A program made the translations under genes and the position numbers. Positions 21,882 through 31,106 of a DNA stretch of 51,695 nucleotides are shown here, piece after piece. Source of the stretch: Pseudomonadota bacterium (GTDB lineage: Bacteria > UBA10199 > 2-02-FULL-44-16 > JBDRGF01); assembly GCA_043818055.1 (NCBI GenBank), contig JBDRGF010000099.1, positions 1 through 51,695 on the forward strand, given 5' to 3'. Within the stretch, counting starts at the first letter, position 1. Every line of letters begins with the position of its first letter. Under the pieces are notes generated by a model. That model saw nothing but the letters and a program-made list of their open reading frames with translations. It was not told where the DNA came from and made no database searches.

Positions 21882-22586
21882 ATGAAAAAAGGAATTATAG
21901 CATTGATCGTGATCGTCTTTATCGTAGCGGGAGGGCTGCTTTATTTGAAGTATTCGGGGAAGCTAGAAAAGATCAAATTACCGATCTTTTCCTCTTATAT
22001 AAAGCTCCCACAGCCAAAGCATGACAGCCAGACTTCGATAGAGAAGGCGCTGCTCGAAAGAAGGTCAGTGAGAAACTATAAAGACGAGCCGCTAACCGTC
22101 GGGGATGTTTCCCAGCTGCTTTGGGCCGCTCAGGGTATCACCAATTCGAAGGATTACAGGACCGCACCGTCAGCTGGTGCTACCTATCCGCTCGAGATCT
22201 ATCTCGTGGCGGGAAATGTCATAGACCTGCCTGTCGGGGTATATAAATATTTTCCAAGCGGTCACAAGCTCTCAAAAATTTCATCAAAGGATGTGCGGGC
22301 CGATTTGATGATCGCAGCCGCCGGACAGGAGCCGGTTCAGATGGGTGCGATAGATATTGTGATTGCGGCGGTTTATGAAAGAACGACTGCAAAATATGGG
22401 GCGGATGGCACCAAATATGCCGATATGGAGGTGGGGCACGCCGCTCAGAATGTCTATCTGCAAGCCATAAGTCTTGGACTCGGCACTGTTGTCGTCGGTG
22501 CCATCGATGGGAAGACTGTAAAATCCATAATAGGAATGAAAGAGGATGAGACGCCGTTGTATCTGATGCCGGTCGGTAAAAAATAA
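21882..22586 (+). CDS. SagB/ThcOx-family nitroreductase with N-terminal membrane anchor
   Basis: RRSVRNY, LLWAAQG, RTAPSAGATYPLE, EVGHAAQN. Start taken at MKKGIIAL. Confidence 0.9.
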   Translation: MKKGIIALIVIVFIVAGGLLYLKYSGKLEKIKLPIFSSYIKLPQPKHDSQTSIEKALLERRSVRNYKDEPLTVGDVSQLLWAAQGITNSKDYRTAPSAGATYPLEIYLVAGNVIDLPVGVYKYFPSGHKLSKISSKDVRADLMIAAAGQEPVQMGAIDIVIAAVYERTTAKYGADGTKYADMEVGHAAQNVYLQAISLGLGTVVVGAIDGKTVKSIIGMKEDETPLYLMPVGKK

Positions 22587-22619
22587 CCAAACTTTGAGAT
22601 TACAACAAGAGAGGATGAA

Positions 22620-23123
22620 ATGAATCTACATATCAGAGGTATAGACATCGATGATGCGGGTAATTTTTTAAACCTGTGCAGGATGCTCGACGAAGAGACA
22701 ACCTTTATGATGTTGGAGCCGGAGGAGAGGACGACGAGCGTTGACAAGCAAAGGGATCTCATCCAAGCGGCCCTCGATACGGATAACCTGACGATAATCG
22801 TCGCCGAGGTTGATAAGATGCTTGTTGGATATGTCTCGGCTTATGGTGGCATATACAAGAGAAACCACCATAGTGCATATGTGGTCGCCGGCATAGTGAG
22901 CGAATATGCAGGGCAGGGAATTACGACTAAGCTCTTCGGAGAGCTCGACAAGTGGGCGATCGATCAAAATATTCATCGCCTCGAATTGGCAGTTCAGGTT
23001 TACAACGAGAAGGCGTACAACTTATACAAAAAGGCCGGCTTCGAAGTAGAAGGAATGAAAAAAGACGCCCTCTTCATCAAAGGCGCCTATGTGGATGAAT
23101 ACATAATGGCGAAATTAATATAG
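22620..23123 (+). CDS. GNAT family N-acetyltransferase
   Basis: YAGQGI, RLELAV, NEKAYNLYKKAGFEVEG. Confidence 0.9.
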   Translation: MNLHIRGIDIDDAGNFLNLCRMLDEETTFMMLEPEERTTSVDKQRDLIQAALDTDNLTIIVAEVDKMLVGYVSAYGGIYKRNHHSAYVVAGIVSEYAGQGITTKLFGELDKWAIDQNIHRLELAVQVYNEKAYNLYKKAGFEVEGMKKDALFIKGAYVDEYIMAKLI

Positions 23124-23127
23124 AGCA

Positions 23128-23191
23128 GCATGTAGCATGTAGTGAAAAACCAGTTTTACGAGCCTTTGCCTACATACCACATGCCATATGC
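23128..23191. repeat. Inverted heptamer tandem repeats (C[CT]ACAT[AG]) between convergent genes
   Basis: GCATGTAGCATGTAG at 23128-23142 and CTACATACCACATGCCATATGC at 23170-23191. Confidence 0.7.
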
Positions 23192-23201
23192 GATTTTGCT
23201 T

Positions 23202-24224
23202 TTAAATGATTGACCTCAACTCCTCTCCAAGCTCCGATGATGTTAGCTCTGTCACAGCTTTTTTCGGATCCATACCTTCATATAATATCTGATATACTGT
23301 GGCGCATATGGGTGCGCTTATATTTCTTTCTTTCGCAATTGCATGGATCGGTTTTGCAGATGAGTATCCTTCCGCGACCATCTTCATGTTGTGGATGTAG
23401 TCGCCAGGTACTGTTCCCTCGCCGATCGCAAATCCAAGTTCATGATTGCGCGAACCCTTGCTCGTACATGTCAATGTCAGATCGCCGATGCCCGCCAACC
23501 CTGTGAATGTCAGCGGGTTTGCTCCGTAGCTCTTGCCTATTTTTATCATCTCATAGAGGCCGCGTGTGATTATTGCCGCCCTCGCATTTTGCCCAAGCCT
23601 CAAACCATCAGCTATACCGCATGCGATCGCAATGACATTTTTCACCGCTCCACCAACCTCTACTCCCGCAACATCGTCGCTGATAAATGTCAGAAAGGTC
23701 TCTGTCCTGAAAAGCTTCTGAACCTCTTTTGTGATCTCTTTATTCATTCCCGCCACGGTCACAAGGGTTGGTAAGTTTAGAGAGACCTCCCTTGCGAAGC
23801 TCGGCCCCGATAATACGACGATCCTCTCTGCCGGAAAGTTTGTTAACACATTCTGGAATACATCGTGCATCAGCTTGCAGCTTTCGATCTCTATCCCCTT
23901 TGTTGTATTGACGATAATGGCATCTTTCGAAATTGAGCCCTTCGCCCCCTCCCAAATCGTCTTCACAACCCGTGAGGGAAGGGCAGATATGATAAAATCA
24001 GCATCAGCTACGGCCTGAGAAATATCAGTTGTCGCCGATATCCTTTTTGAAAGCGATATATTGTTGAGATATAAAGGGTTTCGATGTGCTTTGTTTATGC
24101 CGTCACTGACCTCCGCCTCATAGCACCAAATTGATACATCAAAGCCTTTTAAAGCCAGGAGGTTTGCTAATGCTGTCCCCCAACTCCCCGCCCCAACAAC
24201 TCCAATTTTATTTATTTTATGCAT
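23202..24224 (-). CDS. gpsA: NAD(P)H-dependent glycerol-3-phosphate dehydrogenase
   Basis: GAGSWGTALA, TKGIE, SGPSFARE, KNVIAIACG, GDLTLTC..SRN. Start at MHKINK with a GAGG RBS. Confidence 0.96.
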   Translation of the reverse strand: MHKINKIGVVGAGSWGTALANLLALKGFDVSIWCYEAEVSDGINKAHRNPLYLNNISLSKRISATTDISQAVADADFIISALPSRVVKTIWEGAKGSISKDAIIVNTTKGIEIESCKLMHDVFQNVLTNFPAERIVVLSGPSFAREVSLNLPTLVTVAGMNKEITKEVQKLFRTETFLTFISDDVAGVEVGGAVKNVIAIACGIADGLRLGQNARAAIITRGLYEMIKIGKSYGANPLTFTGLAGIGDLTLTCTSKGSRNHELGFAIGEGTVPGDYIHNMKMVAEGYSSAKPIHAIAKERNISAPICATVYQILYEGMDPKKAVTELTSSELGEELRSII

Positions 24225-24260
24225 ATTTACCTCTAAAATAATATTTTTGTAGAATTTTAC

Positions 24261-24287
24261 GAAACTTAAGCTTATTCTAGCCGATAC
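24261..24287 (+). promoter_or_regulatory. Putative sigma28-type promoter of the PilZ gene
   Basis: GAAACTTA-N11-GCCGATAC. Confidence 0.45.
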
Positions 24288-24339
24288 ATGTAGTGAAACA
24301 TCTATTTTTTGGTTTGGCAAGTGATGAAGAGGGAGCGCA

Positions 24340-24666
24340 ATGTTTGAAAAGAGAAAATACAGACGACTCAATATGAATTTTCCCGTGACGATTCGTTACA
24401 AAGGCAGGTTCATTCCAGCCAGGGCATTGAATATAAGCTGCGGTGGAGTTTGTATCACCTCCTTAAATACCGGCGTTAAGCTGGATGGCTCCTTCGAAGT
24501 CTTTTTCGATCTCGATTCTAAACACAAGGATATCGCTCTTAGGGCAGAGGTTCTTCATACATCAAAGGACGACGGAGAGAACACGATGGGCGTTCACTTC
24601 ATCAATCCCTTCTCCGAAAAACACGCTATGCTGCAGGATTATCTTTCGACGCAACTCGGCAGGTAA
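24340..24666 (+). CDS. PilZ domain (c-di-GMP-binding) protein
   Basis: EKRKYRR (RxxxR), NISCGG (D/NxSxxG), MGVHF. Confidence 0.9.
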   Translation: MFEKRKYRRLNMNFPVTIRYKGRFIPARALNISCGGVCITSLNTGVKLDGSFEVFFDLDSKHKDIALRAEVLHTSKDDGENTMGVHFINPFSEKHAMLQDYLSTQLGR

Positions 24667-24729
24667 TTTCAATTTTGTTCTTCCAGAACTGTCTTGGCAT
24701 TACAATCTTACTCTGATAATGAATCATTT

Positions 24730-27294
24730 ATGAACGAAAACTGGCATACGCTTGATGTCGATCAGTCGCTTCTGCTCAACGGAACATCCCTGAATGGCCT
24801 GACACAGGAAGAGGCTGGTAAACGCTTTAATGACAACGGCCCCAACGAGATACCAGAGGGAAAGAGAAAGACCGCGATTTCAATCTTTTTCGATCAGTTC
24901 AAAGATTTTTTAATCCTGCTTTTGCTTGCGGCGGCGATAGTCTCAGGCGTTATCGGCGAGGTTCATGACACCATCGCTATTCTCGTCATCGTCGTAGTCA
25001 ATTCGATCATCGGATTTGTTCAGGAGTTCAGGGCACATCGGGCGATGATCGCTTTGAAAAAACTTTCAGCCCAGACAGCCCTTGTTAAACGTGGCGGCGA
25101 ATTCAAAATTATTCCATCACGTGAACTCGTGCCGGGGGATATCGTAAGTCTTGAGACGGGAAATGTCGTTCCGGCGGATATTCGACTCATCGAAGCCATA
25201 AATCTTGAAACGACTGAGGCCATCCTCACCGGCGAATCTGAGCCCGTAAACAAAAAAACAGAACCGTGTTCAAAAGTCGATCTCACGATCGGCAGCAGAT
25301 TCTGTATTGTTTTCAAAGGAACTCTCGTATCGCGCGGCAGAGGCTTAGGTGTCGTTGTTGCAACTGGCCTTGCCACCGAAGTTGGAAAGATCGCAAATTT
25401 AATTCAGAGCGCTGGTGAAGAGAAAACGCCGCTACAGAAGAGGCTGGCCAAATTCGGTTTCAAGCTTGGTATGGCCACCCTTGTGATCTGCGGAATAGTC
25501 TTTCTCACAGGTGTTGTACGCGGGGAAAAGATTATTCTGATGGTATTGACCGCTATAAGCCTTGCTGTAGCTGCTGTTCCCGAAGCGCTGCCTGCTGTCG
25601 TTACAATCAGTCTCGCCTTCGGTGCGCAGAGGATGGTCAAACACAACGTCCTCATCAGAAAGCTACCCGCTGTTGAAACTTTAGGCTCCGTCACATTTAT
25701 CTGCAGCGACAAGACCGGCACCATCACAGAGAACCGGATGGTGGTGGAACATTTTTTCTCGGGCTCCAAGCTTTTGGGCATTGAAAGCGCAGATGAAGAT
25801 ACGAAAAAAAATATCCTGTTGGCCTCGGCGCTTTGCAATGATGCAACGAAACTCACCGGCGAACCGACTGAACTCGCTCTCTACGACGCCGCCACCTCTT
25901 ATGGATATAAGAGGGAGGAACTCGTCGATGAATATTCAAGGATAGATGAGATCCCCTTCGATTCGAAGAGGAAGATGATGACGACGCTTCACAGGCTACC
26001 CGATGGCGAGAAGATCGCTTTCACCAAGGGTGCCCCTGAGGTCATTCTCCATAGATGTCTCGATGCGATCGATGGCGCTTTTGAAATAGAATACATTCAA
26101 AAGATGGTTTTGAAATTGACCTCCGAGGGGAAGCGCGTTTTGGCGCTGGCCATGAAAAAAGAGGATGCGATCTCTGAGAAGAAGCTCATCTTTCTTGGCC
26201 TTGCAGCTTTGTACGATCCCCCACGGGATGGCGTGATCGAGGCAGTGAAGGAGTGTAAGACAGCCGGAATCATCCCCGTGATGATAACAGGTGACCATCC
26301 AAAGACAGCACTCGCTATCGCAAGGCTTGTAGGCATCGCGGAGAATGAAGATGAGATAATAACCGGAGAGGAACTAAAAGAGATGCCGATAGAGGTCTTC
26401 GAGGAGAAGATCTTTCATTACAGGGTCTATGCGCGTGTCGAACCGGAGCAGAAGCTCAAGATCATACAAGCGCTGCAGGACAAGGGACAGTTTGTCGCGA
26501 TGACCGGAGATGGTGTGAACGATGCCCCGGCGCTCAAGAGGGCGGATATCGGCATTGCGATGGGAAAGGTGGGAACCGAAGTCGCCAAGGAATCGAGCGC
26601 GATGATTCTCACCGATGACAACTTCGCATCCATTGTCAAGGCGGCCAGAGAGGGTCGTCGCATCTATGATAATATCAGAAAGTTTGTAAAATATACGCTC
26701 GGCTCAAATTCGGGCGAGATCTGGACGATCTTTTTGGCACCATTTCTCGGACTGCCGCTTCCATTGCTTCCCATCCACATCCTCTGGATCAACCTCGTCA
26801 CCGACGGTCTTCCCGGCCTTGCCCTGACTATGGAGAGTGAGGAGCCCGACATCATGAACAGGCCTCCCAGAAAACCGAAGGAGACACTCTTCGCGCACGG
26901 CCTTGGCTTTCATGTGATCTGGGTCGGTCTCTTGATGGGAGCCGTCTCTTTGGGTGCGCAGGCGATAGGTGTGGCGAGAGGGGGACACTGGCAGACGATG
27001 GTCTTTACTGTGCTCTGTTTGAGCCAGATGGGACACGCGCTCGCCATCCGCTCTGAAAAATTGTCGCTCTTCAAACAGGGACTTTTTAGCAACAAGACCC
27101 TTTTGGGCGCAGTCATTCTCACATATGTTTTGCAGATGGCGATAATCTACATGCCCTTTTTTCAACCTATCTTCAGAACCCAGGCCCTCTCCTTTGGCGA
27201 ACTCATCTTTTGCCTCATCGTATCAACCATCGTCTTCTGGGCAGTTGAAGTTGAGAAGTGGATAAAGCGCAGATATTCTCCAAACATTTTTTAA
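24730..27294 (+). CDS. P2A-type (Ca2+-like) cation-transporting ATPase
   Basis: TGES, PEALP, DKTGT, KGAPE, TGDGVNDAPAL, WINLVTDG. Confidence 0.95.
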   Translation: MNENWHTLDVDQSLLLNGTSLNGLTQEEAGKRFNDNGPNEIPEGKRKTAISIFFDQFKDFLILLLLAAAIVSGVIGEVHDTIAILVIVVVNSIIGFVQEFRAHRAMIALKKLSAQTALVKRGGEFKIIPSRELVPGDIVSLETGNVVPADIRLIEAINLETTEAILTGESEPVNKKTEPCSKVDLTIGSRFCIVFKGTLVSRGRGLGVVVATGLATEVGKIANLIQSAGEEKTPLQKRLAKFGFKLGMATLVICGIVFLTGVVRGEKIILMVLTAISLAVAAVPEALPAVVTISLAFGAQRMVKHNVLIRKLPAVETLGSVTFICSDKTGTITENRMVVEHFFSGSKLLGIESADEDTKKNILLASALCNDATKLTGEPTELALYDAATSYGYKREELVDEYSRIDEIPFDSKRKMMTTLHRLPDGEKIAFTKGAPEVILHRCLDAIDGAFEIEYIQKMVLKLTSEGKRVLALAMKKEDAISEKKLIFLGLAALYDPPRDGVIEAVKECKTAGIIPVMITGDHPKTALAIARLVGIAENEDEIITGEELKEMPIEVFEEKIFHYRVYARVEPEQKLKIIQALQDKGQFVAMTGDGVNDAPALKRADIGIAMGKVGTEVAKESSAMILTDDNFASIVKAAREGRRIYDNIRKFVKYTLGSNSGEIWTIFLAPFLGLPLPLLPIHILWINLVTDGLPGLALTMESEEPDIMNRPPRKPKETLFAHGLGFHVIWVGLLMGAVSLGAQAIGVARGGHWQTMVFTVLCLSQMGHALAIRSEKLSLFKQGLFSNKTLLGAVILTYVLQMAIIYMPFFQPIFRTQALSFGELIFCLIVSTIVFWAVEVEKWIKRRYSPNIF

Positions 27295-27308
27295 TAGATG
27301 GTGGTGTT

Positions 27309-27357
27309 GAGTACTGCAACAAACTGCAATATTTTTTTGCAGTTTATTGCAGTACTC
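27309..27357. repeat. 21-bp inverted repeat (operator-like or terminator)
   Basis: GAGTACTGCAACAAACTGCAA-N7-TTGCAGTTTATTGCAGTACTC, one mismatch. Confidence 0.6.
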
Positions 27358-27417
27358 TGATGAGTGAAAATGTGGTAATTTGGAATCATTAAATAAAAGC
27401 CCTGGATTTCCGCATTC

Positions 27418-27536
27418 GAGACTGTTTTCGAACTAATTTGTAGGGGCAACCCCCCGTGGTTGCCCTCTTAAAAGGGCAGGTTTGAAACCTGCCCCTACAA
27501 TAATTCGATATACAAACGAATTTCGATAACAGTCTC
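27418..27536. mobile_element. MITE enclosing a GTAG REP doublet
   Basis: Terminal inverted repeats GAGACTGTTTTCGAA / TTCGATAACAGTCTC. Inner TGTAGGGGCAACC..GGTTGCCC and GGGCAGGTTTGAAACCTGCCCCTACA. Confidence 0.75.
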
Positions 27537-27560
27537 TAATAAGGGGAGGATCTTAAACAC

Positions 27561-28337
27561 TCAAACACTTCCCCACGGACATACCTCCAAACAAACATCA
27601 CACCCATACATTCCAGGCTGAATGAATGATTTGAGGTTGGGGTCTATCTCGCCTTTATGTTCAATTGTGAGATATGAGATGCAGCGGCTGGCATTCAAAT
27701 CGTGCTCAGCTATGAGTGCTTTTGTCGGGCAGGCATCGATGCATTTTGTACAATCTCCGCATTGATTTTGTATAGGTCGATCTGGTTCGAGTTTTATATC
27801 TGTGATTATCTCACCCAGCAACAGCCATGGGCCGAATTTTTCATTGATCAATAGAGTATTCTTTCCAATCCAACCGAGGCCTGCACGTTGAGCGAGAGCT
27901 TTTTCCAATATCAGTGACGTATCGACGCAGAGTTTGGCTTTCGCGTTTGGATGTTCTTTTTTTATTTCATCCCAAAGTTTTTTTAGCTTCTCTTTTATGA
28001 CTTCATGATAATCGGCGCCACGCGCGTAACTGGCGGATACCCCCCTCACCCTAACCCTAACCCTCTCCCGCAAGGGGAGAGGGGACAGATTTTCTATTAG
28101 GCCATTGTCGCCATATGTTAATGCGCAACAGATGACAGATTTCGCATCGGGCATGAGGGATTTTGGATCGATGCGCCTCTCAGGCGAACGCGCTAGCCAA
28201 CTCATAGTTCCGTTGTGATGTTCGCATAAGTATTTTTTTAGATGAGAAAGGTCTTCGCAAAGTGTATCTGCAGTTGTAATTCCACAGAGATCAAATCCAA
28301 CATCTAAGGCCTTTTGTTTGATGATAGTTGAGGACAT
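27561..28337 (-). CDS. queG: Epoxyqueuosine reductase QueG (short form, with an in-frame repeat insertion)
   Basis: GFDLCGIT, SYARGADYH, CVDT, GLGWIGKN, CGDCTKCIDACPT, RCISYLTIE, GCDVCLEVCPW. Confidence 0.92.
   Translation of the reverse strand: MSSTIIKQKALDVGFDLCGITTADTLCEDLSHLKKYLCEHHNGTMSWLARSPERRIDPKSLMPDAKSVICCALTYGDNGLIENLSPLPLRERVRVRVRGVSASYARGADYHEVIKEKLKKLWDEIKKEHPNAKAKLCVDTSLILEKALAQRAGLGWIGKNTLLINEKFGPWLLLGEIITDIKLEPDRPIQNQCGDCTKCIDACPTKALIAEHDLNASRCISYLTIEHKGEIDPNLKSFIQPGMYGCDVCLEVCPWGSV
28040..28086. repeat. CCCTCACCCTAACCCTCTCCC..GGGAGAGGG palindromic repeat inside queG
   Basis: Hairpin CCCTCTCCC-GCAAG-GGGAGAGGG. Translated as SPLPLRERVRVRVRG on the coding strand. Confidence 0.8.
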
Positions 28338-28339
28338 AA

Positions 28340-29653
28340 TCAAAAGGGGTTCAGTAACCATTTCCAGAGCGGAATATATTTAATGATTTTATCGTCATGA
28401 TGTTCTGTATCTTCATATGTCTCAGTGATAATCAGCCCCTCCGATACGTGGAGTTCCTCCATGCCTTTTATTAACGATTTAATTTCCCTCTCCTTTGTTT
28501 GTGGCGCAGAGATATCCCAACAAACCTGTATCAGATGACTTATTCTCTCTTCTTCCTTTATTACAAAATCCACCTCCCTGTGGCGAACATCCTTCCAATA
28601 ATAAATATCATAACCATGTTTAGTCTCCCGGATTCGTGCCAGTTCGAGAAATACCATCAGCTCAGCCAATTTTCCTATGTTCTGGTCTAAGCGAAAGCCG
28701 ACCACATTGGCAAGGCCTGGATCGATTGCATAAACTTTTCTGGGGCTCTTTTCCTGTTCCTTCACTTTAAATGAGAATCGCTTGAGGAAGAAGCAGAGAT
28801 ATGTCTCTTCCAGATAGCTCGAAAATTTTTCAATCGTACTCGCGGTGATGTTTAAAAATTTCTCGATGGAATTGTATGTTACGAGCGATGCAGAGTTGCT
28901 AAAATAAAATCTCGATAGACTTTTGAGCTGTTCAGGTTTTCTGATTTTGAATCTTTTGATGATATCTTTGCTAACGATGTCGTCATAATATGCCAACAAT
29001 ATTTCTTTTTTTTCTTCCGAGAGCACGACCTTTGGAAAGAGGCCGAACTCAAGAGACTCTCGTACCATGCGTGATAATTCTATGCGTTTTCTTTCAATAT
29101 CCAGATCATCTTTTAGATCAATTTTTTTAAAAAGAAGGTATTCGCAAAATGATAACGGTAATACTGTCAGGCCAACATGCAAGCCTGTCAAAAGGGTGGA
29201 GAGCTCACGGCTCAATAATTTTGCGTTTGAACCTGAGAGTATGATGTTCGCCTTGCCAAGTTCATGCATGGTTCGAACCCACTTCTCCCACTCATCAACT
29301 TCCTGTACCTCATCGAGAAAGATGTACGGTTTAGATTTAGGATTGAGGAATTCGAGATAGACTTCAAAAATTTCCTGCATCAGCTTCGTGTCAAGCTTCC
29401 CAAAACGGGGATCCTCAAAATTGATCATCAGTATTTCATTTGATGGAGTCCCGTTATCGATCAGCTGTTTTGCAAATTGTTTCATAATGTAGGATTTGCC
29501 TGCGCGTCTTGGGCCCTTGATGACGATAATCTGTCCGGTTTTCAAAATTGCATGGAGGCGATTGAGATAGTTCGTGCGAAGGATTCCGATGTCCAGCTCC
29601 TGTTTCCAGAAGTTCCAGTCGTTTAAAATGGATAAAATCTCATTTTTATTCAT
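28340..29653 (-). CDS. AAA_14 + DUF4143 ATP-binding protein
   Basis: GPRRAGKS, INFED, FLDEVQ, SGSN, KVYAIDPGL, EVDFV, LIQVC. Confidence 0.92.
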   Translation of the reverse strand: MNKNEILSILNDWNFWKQELDIGILRTNYLNRLHAILKTGQIIVIKGPRRAGKSYIMKQFAKQLIDNGTPSNEILMINFEDPRFGKLDTKLMQEIFEVYLEFLNPKSKPYIFLDEVQEVDEWEKWVRTMHELGKANIILSGSNAKLLSRELSTLLTGLHVGLTVLPLSFCEYLLFKKIDLKDDLDIERKRIELSRMVRESLEFGLFPKVVLSEEKKEILLAYYDDIVSKDIIKRFKIRKPEQLKSLSRFYFSNSASLVTYNSIEKFLNITASTIEKFSSYLEETYLCFFLKRFSFKVKEQEKSPRKVYAIDPGLANVVGFRLDQNIGKLAELMVFLELARIRETKHGYDIYYWKDVRHREVDFVIKEEERISHLIQVCWDISAPQTKEREIKSLIKGMEELHVSEGLIITETYEDTEHHDDKIIKYIPLWKWLLNPF

Positions 29654-29772
29654 TATTTACCGCCTATTTGTCATAATTTGCTAATTATGTATAATATAGT
29701 ATATAAAATTAGCATAAAATCAATAATAAAATGTAAATGATGGAAAATATGGTGTTTAGGTTTGAGATGGGT

Positions 29773-31056
29773 TTATTTCTTATCAATCTTTTTCACCCCA
29801 CCCATATATGGCAATAATGCTTTTGGGATTTCGATGGAGCCATCTTTTTGTTGGTGATTTTCTAGTATGGCGATCAGCGCGCGGCTCACTGCGATCGCTG
29901 TGCCGTTTAGCATGTGGACGAATTGTGGTTTTTTCTCATTCTCTTTACGGTAGCGAACGCCTAGTCTTCTCGACTGATAGTCGGTACAGTTGGATGTCGA
30001 TGTGACCTCTCCCCATTCTCCGGAATCACCGCGTCCCGGCATCCATGCCTCGATATCAAATTTACGATAGGCTGGTCCACCCAGATCGCCGCTGGCTACA
30101 TCGACGACGCGATAAGGAATTTCCAATCCCTGGAATAGTTCCTCTTCGTATTTCAAAATATCCTCATGCATCGCTGCTGAGCTTTCAGGGGTAGTAAATG
30201 CAAACATTTCGATCTTTGTGAACTGATGAACCCTATATAGACCTTTGGATGCCTTGCCAGCCGCACCCGCTTCAGTCCTGAAACAGTGAGAGACGCCGAC
30301 ATATTTTATCGGCAGGTCTTTTTCTTCTAAAATTTTATCCGAGAGATAGCTGCCGAGCGTTATCTCAGCCGTAGCGATAAGACAGAGATCTGTTTTTTCT
30401 ACGGAATAAATCTGGGTCTCCTCGCCTCTGGGATTGAAGCCGATGCCATCGAGAATATCGGAGCGGGCGAGATCTGGAGTTATGAATGGGATGAATCCCT
30501 TCTTTCGCAGTGTATTGAGCGCATACTGAATCAGGGCGAACTCGAGGAGCACCGCTTCGTTCTTTAAGTAGTAAAACTTTTGCCCGGTGACCTTTGCAGC
30601 TGTTTCAAAATCGAGGATATCGAGCTTCGTGCCGAGCTCTACATGGTCGAGTGCCTTGAAGTCTAATTTTCGCGGTTTTCCTACGACTCTCAGCTCTTTG
30701 TTTCCCTCCTCAGTTGACGCCTTTGGCGCGTCAGGGTGTGTGAGGTTTGGAATCTGTTTTGAAATTTCGCCGAGCTCCTTCTCGCAACTGTCGAGTGATG
30801 CTTGCAATTCAGAAGCGCGCGATTTTAAATTTTTACCCTCTTCGATGAGCTTCTTTCTTTCATCATCGGAGAGCTTCTGCTTCATAGCGGAAGCTGTCTG
30901 ATTTTGTTTCTGACGAGCCTCTTCGAGAGACTGAATAGCATCGCGCCTTTTGGTGTCGAGTTCGATGAATTTGTCCAGATCAACTCTGACATTTCGGTCG
31001 ACACAGTTTTTTTTAACTAAATCAATATTGTCCCTGATGAATTTTAAATCTAACAT
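29773..31056 (-). CDS. serS: Serine--tRNA ligase
   Basis: MLDLKFIR, coiled-coil arm, LIATAE, CFRTEAG, GLYRVHQFTKIE, STSNCTDYQSRR, LNGTAIA. Confidence 0.98.
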   Translation of the reverse strand: MLDLKFIRDNIDLVKKNCVDRNVRVDLDKFIELDTKRRDAIQSLEEARQKQNQTASAMKQKLSDDERKKLIEEGKNLKSRASELQASLDSCEKELGEISKQIPNLTHPDAPKASTEEGNKELRVVGKPRKLDFKALDHVELGTKLDILDFETAAKVTGQKFYYLKNEAVLLEFALIQYALNTLRKKGFIPFITPDLARSDILDGIGFNPRGEETQIYSVEKTDLCLIATAEITLGSYLSDKILEEKDLPIKYVGVSHCFRTEAGAAGKASKGLYRVHQFTKIEMFAFTTPESSAAMHEDILKYEEELFQGLEIPYRVVDVASGDLGGPAYRKFDIEAWMPGRGDSGEWGEVTSTSNCTDYQSRRLGVRYRKENEKKPQFVHMLNGTAIAVSRALIAILENHQQKDGSIEIPKALLPYMGGVKKIDKK

Positions 31057-31106
31057 AAAAAATACCTTTTAAAGTGTTTGTCTTTACTACATGCCACATG
31101 CTGTTT

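Noticed and set aside
21882..22586. SagB/ThcOx protein as part of an azole RiPP cluster
   Set aside because: No YcaO or precursor gene is nearby, and stand-alone members of this family are common.
29773..31056. Functional link between serS and the tRNA-Ser island
   Set aside because: They are about 23 kb apart with unrelated genes between, and serS looks like an ordinary housekeeping copy.
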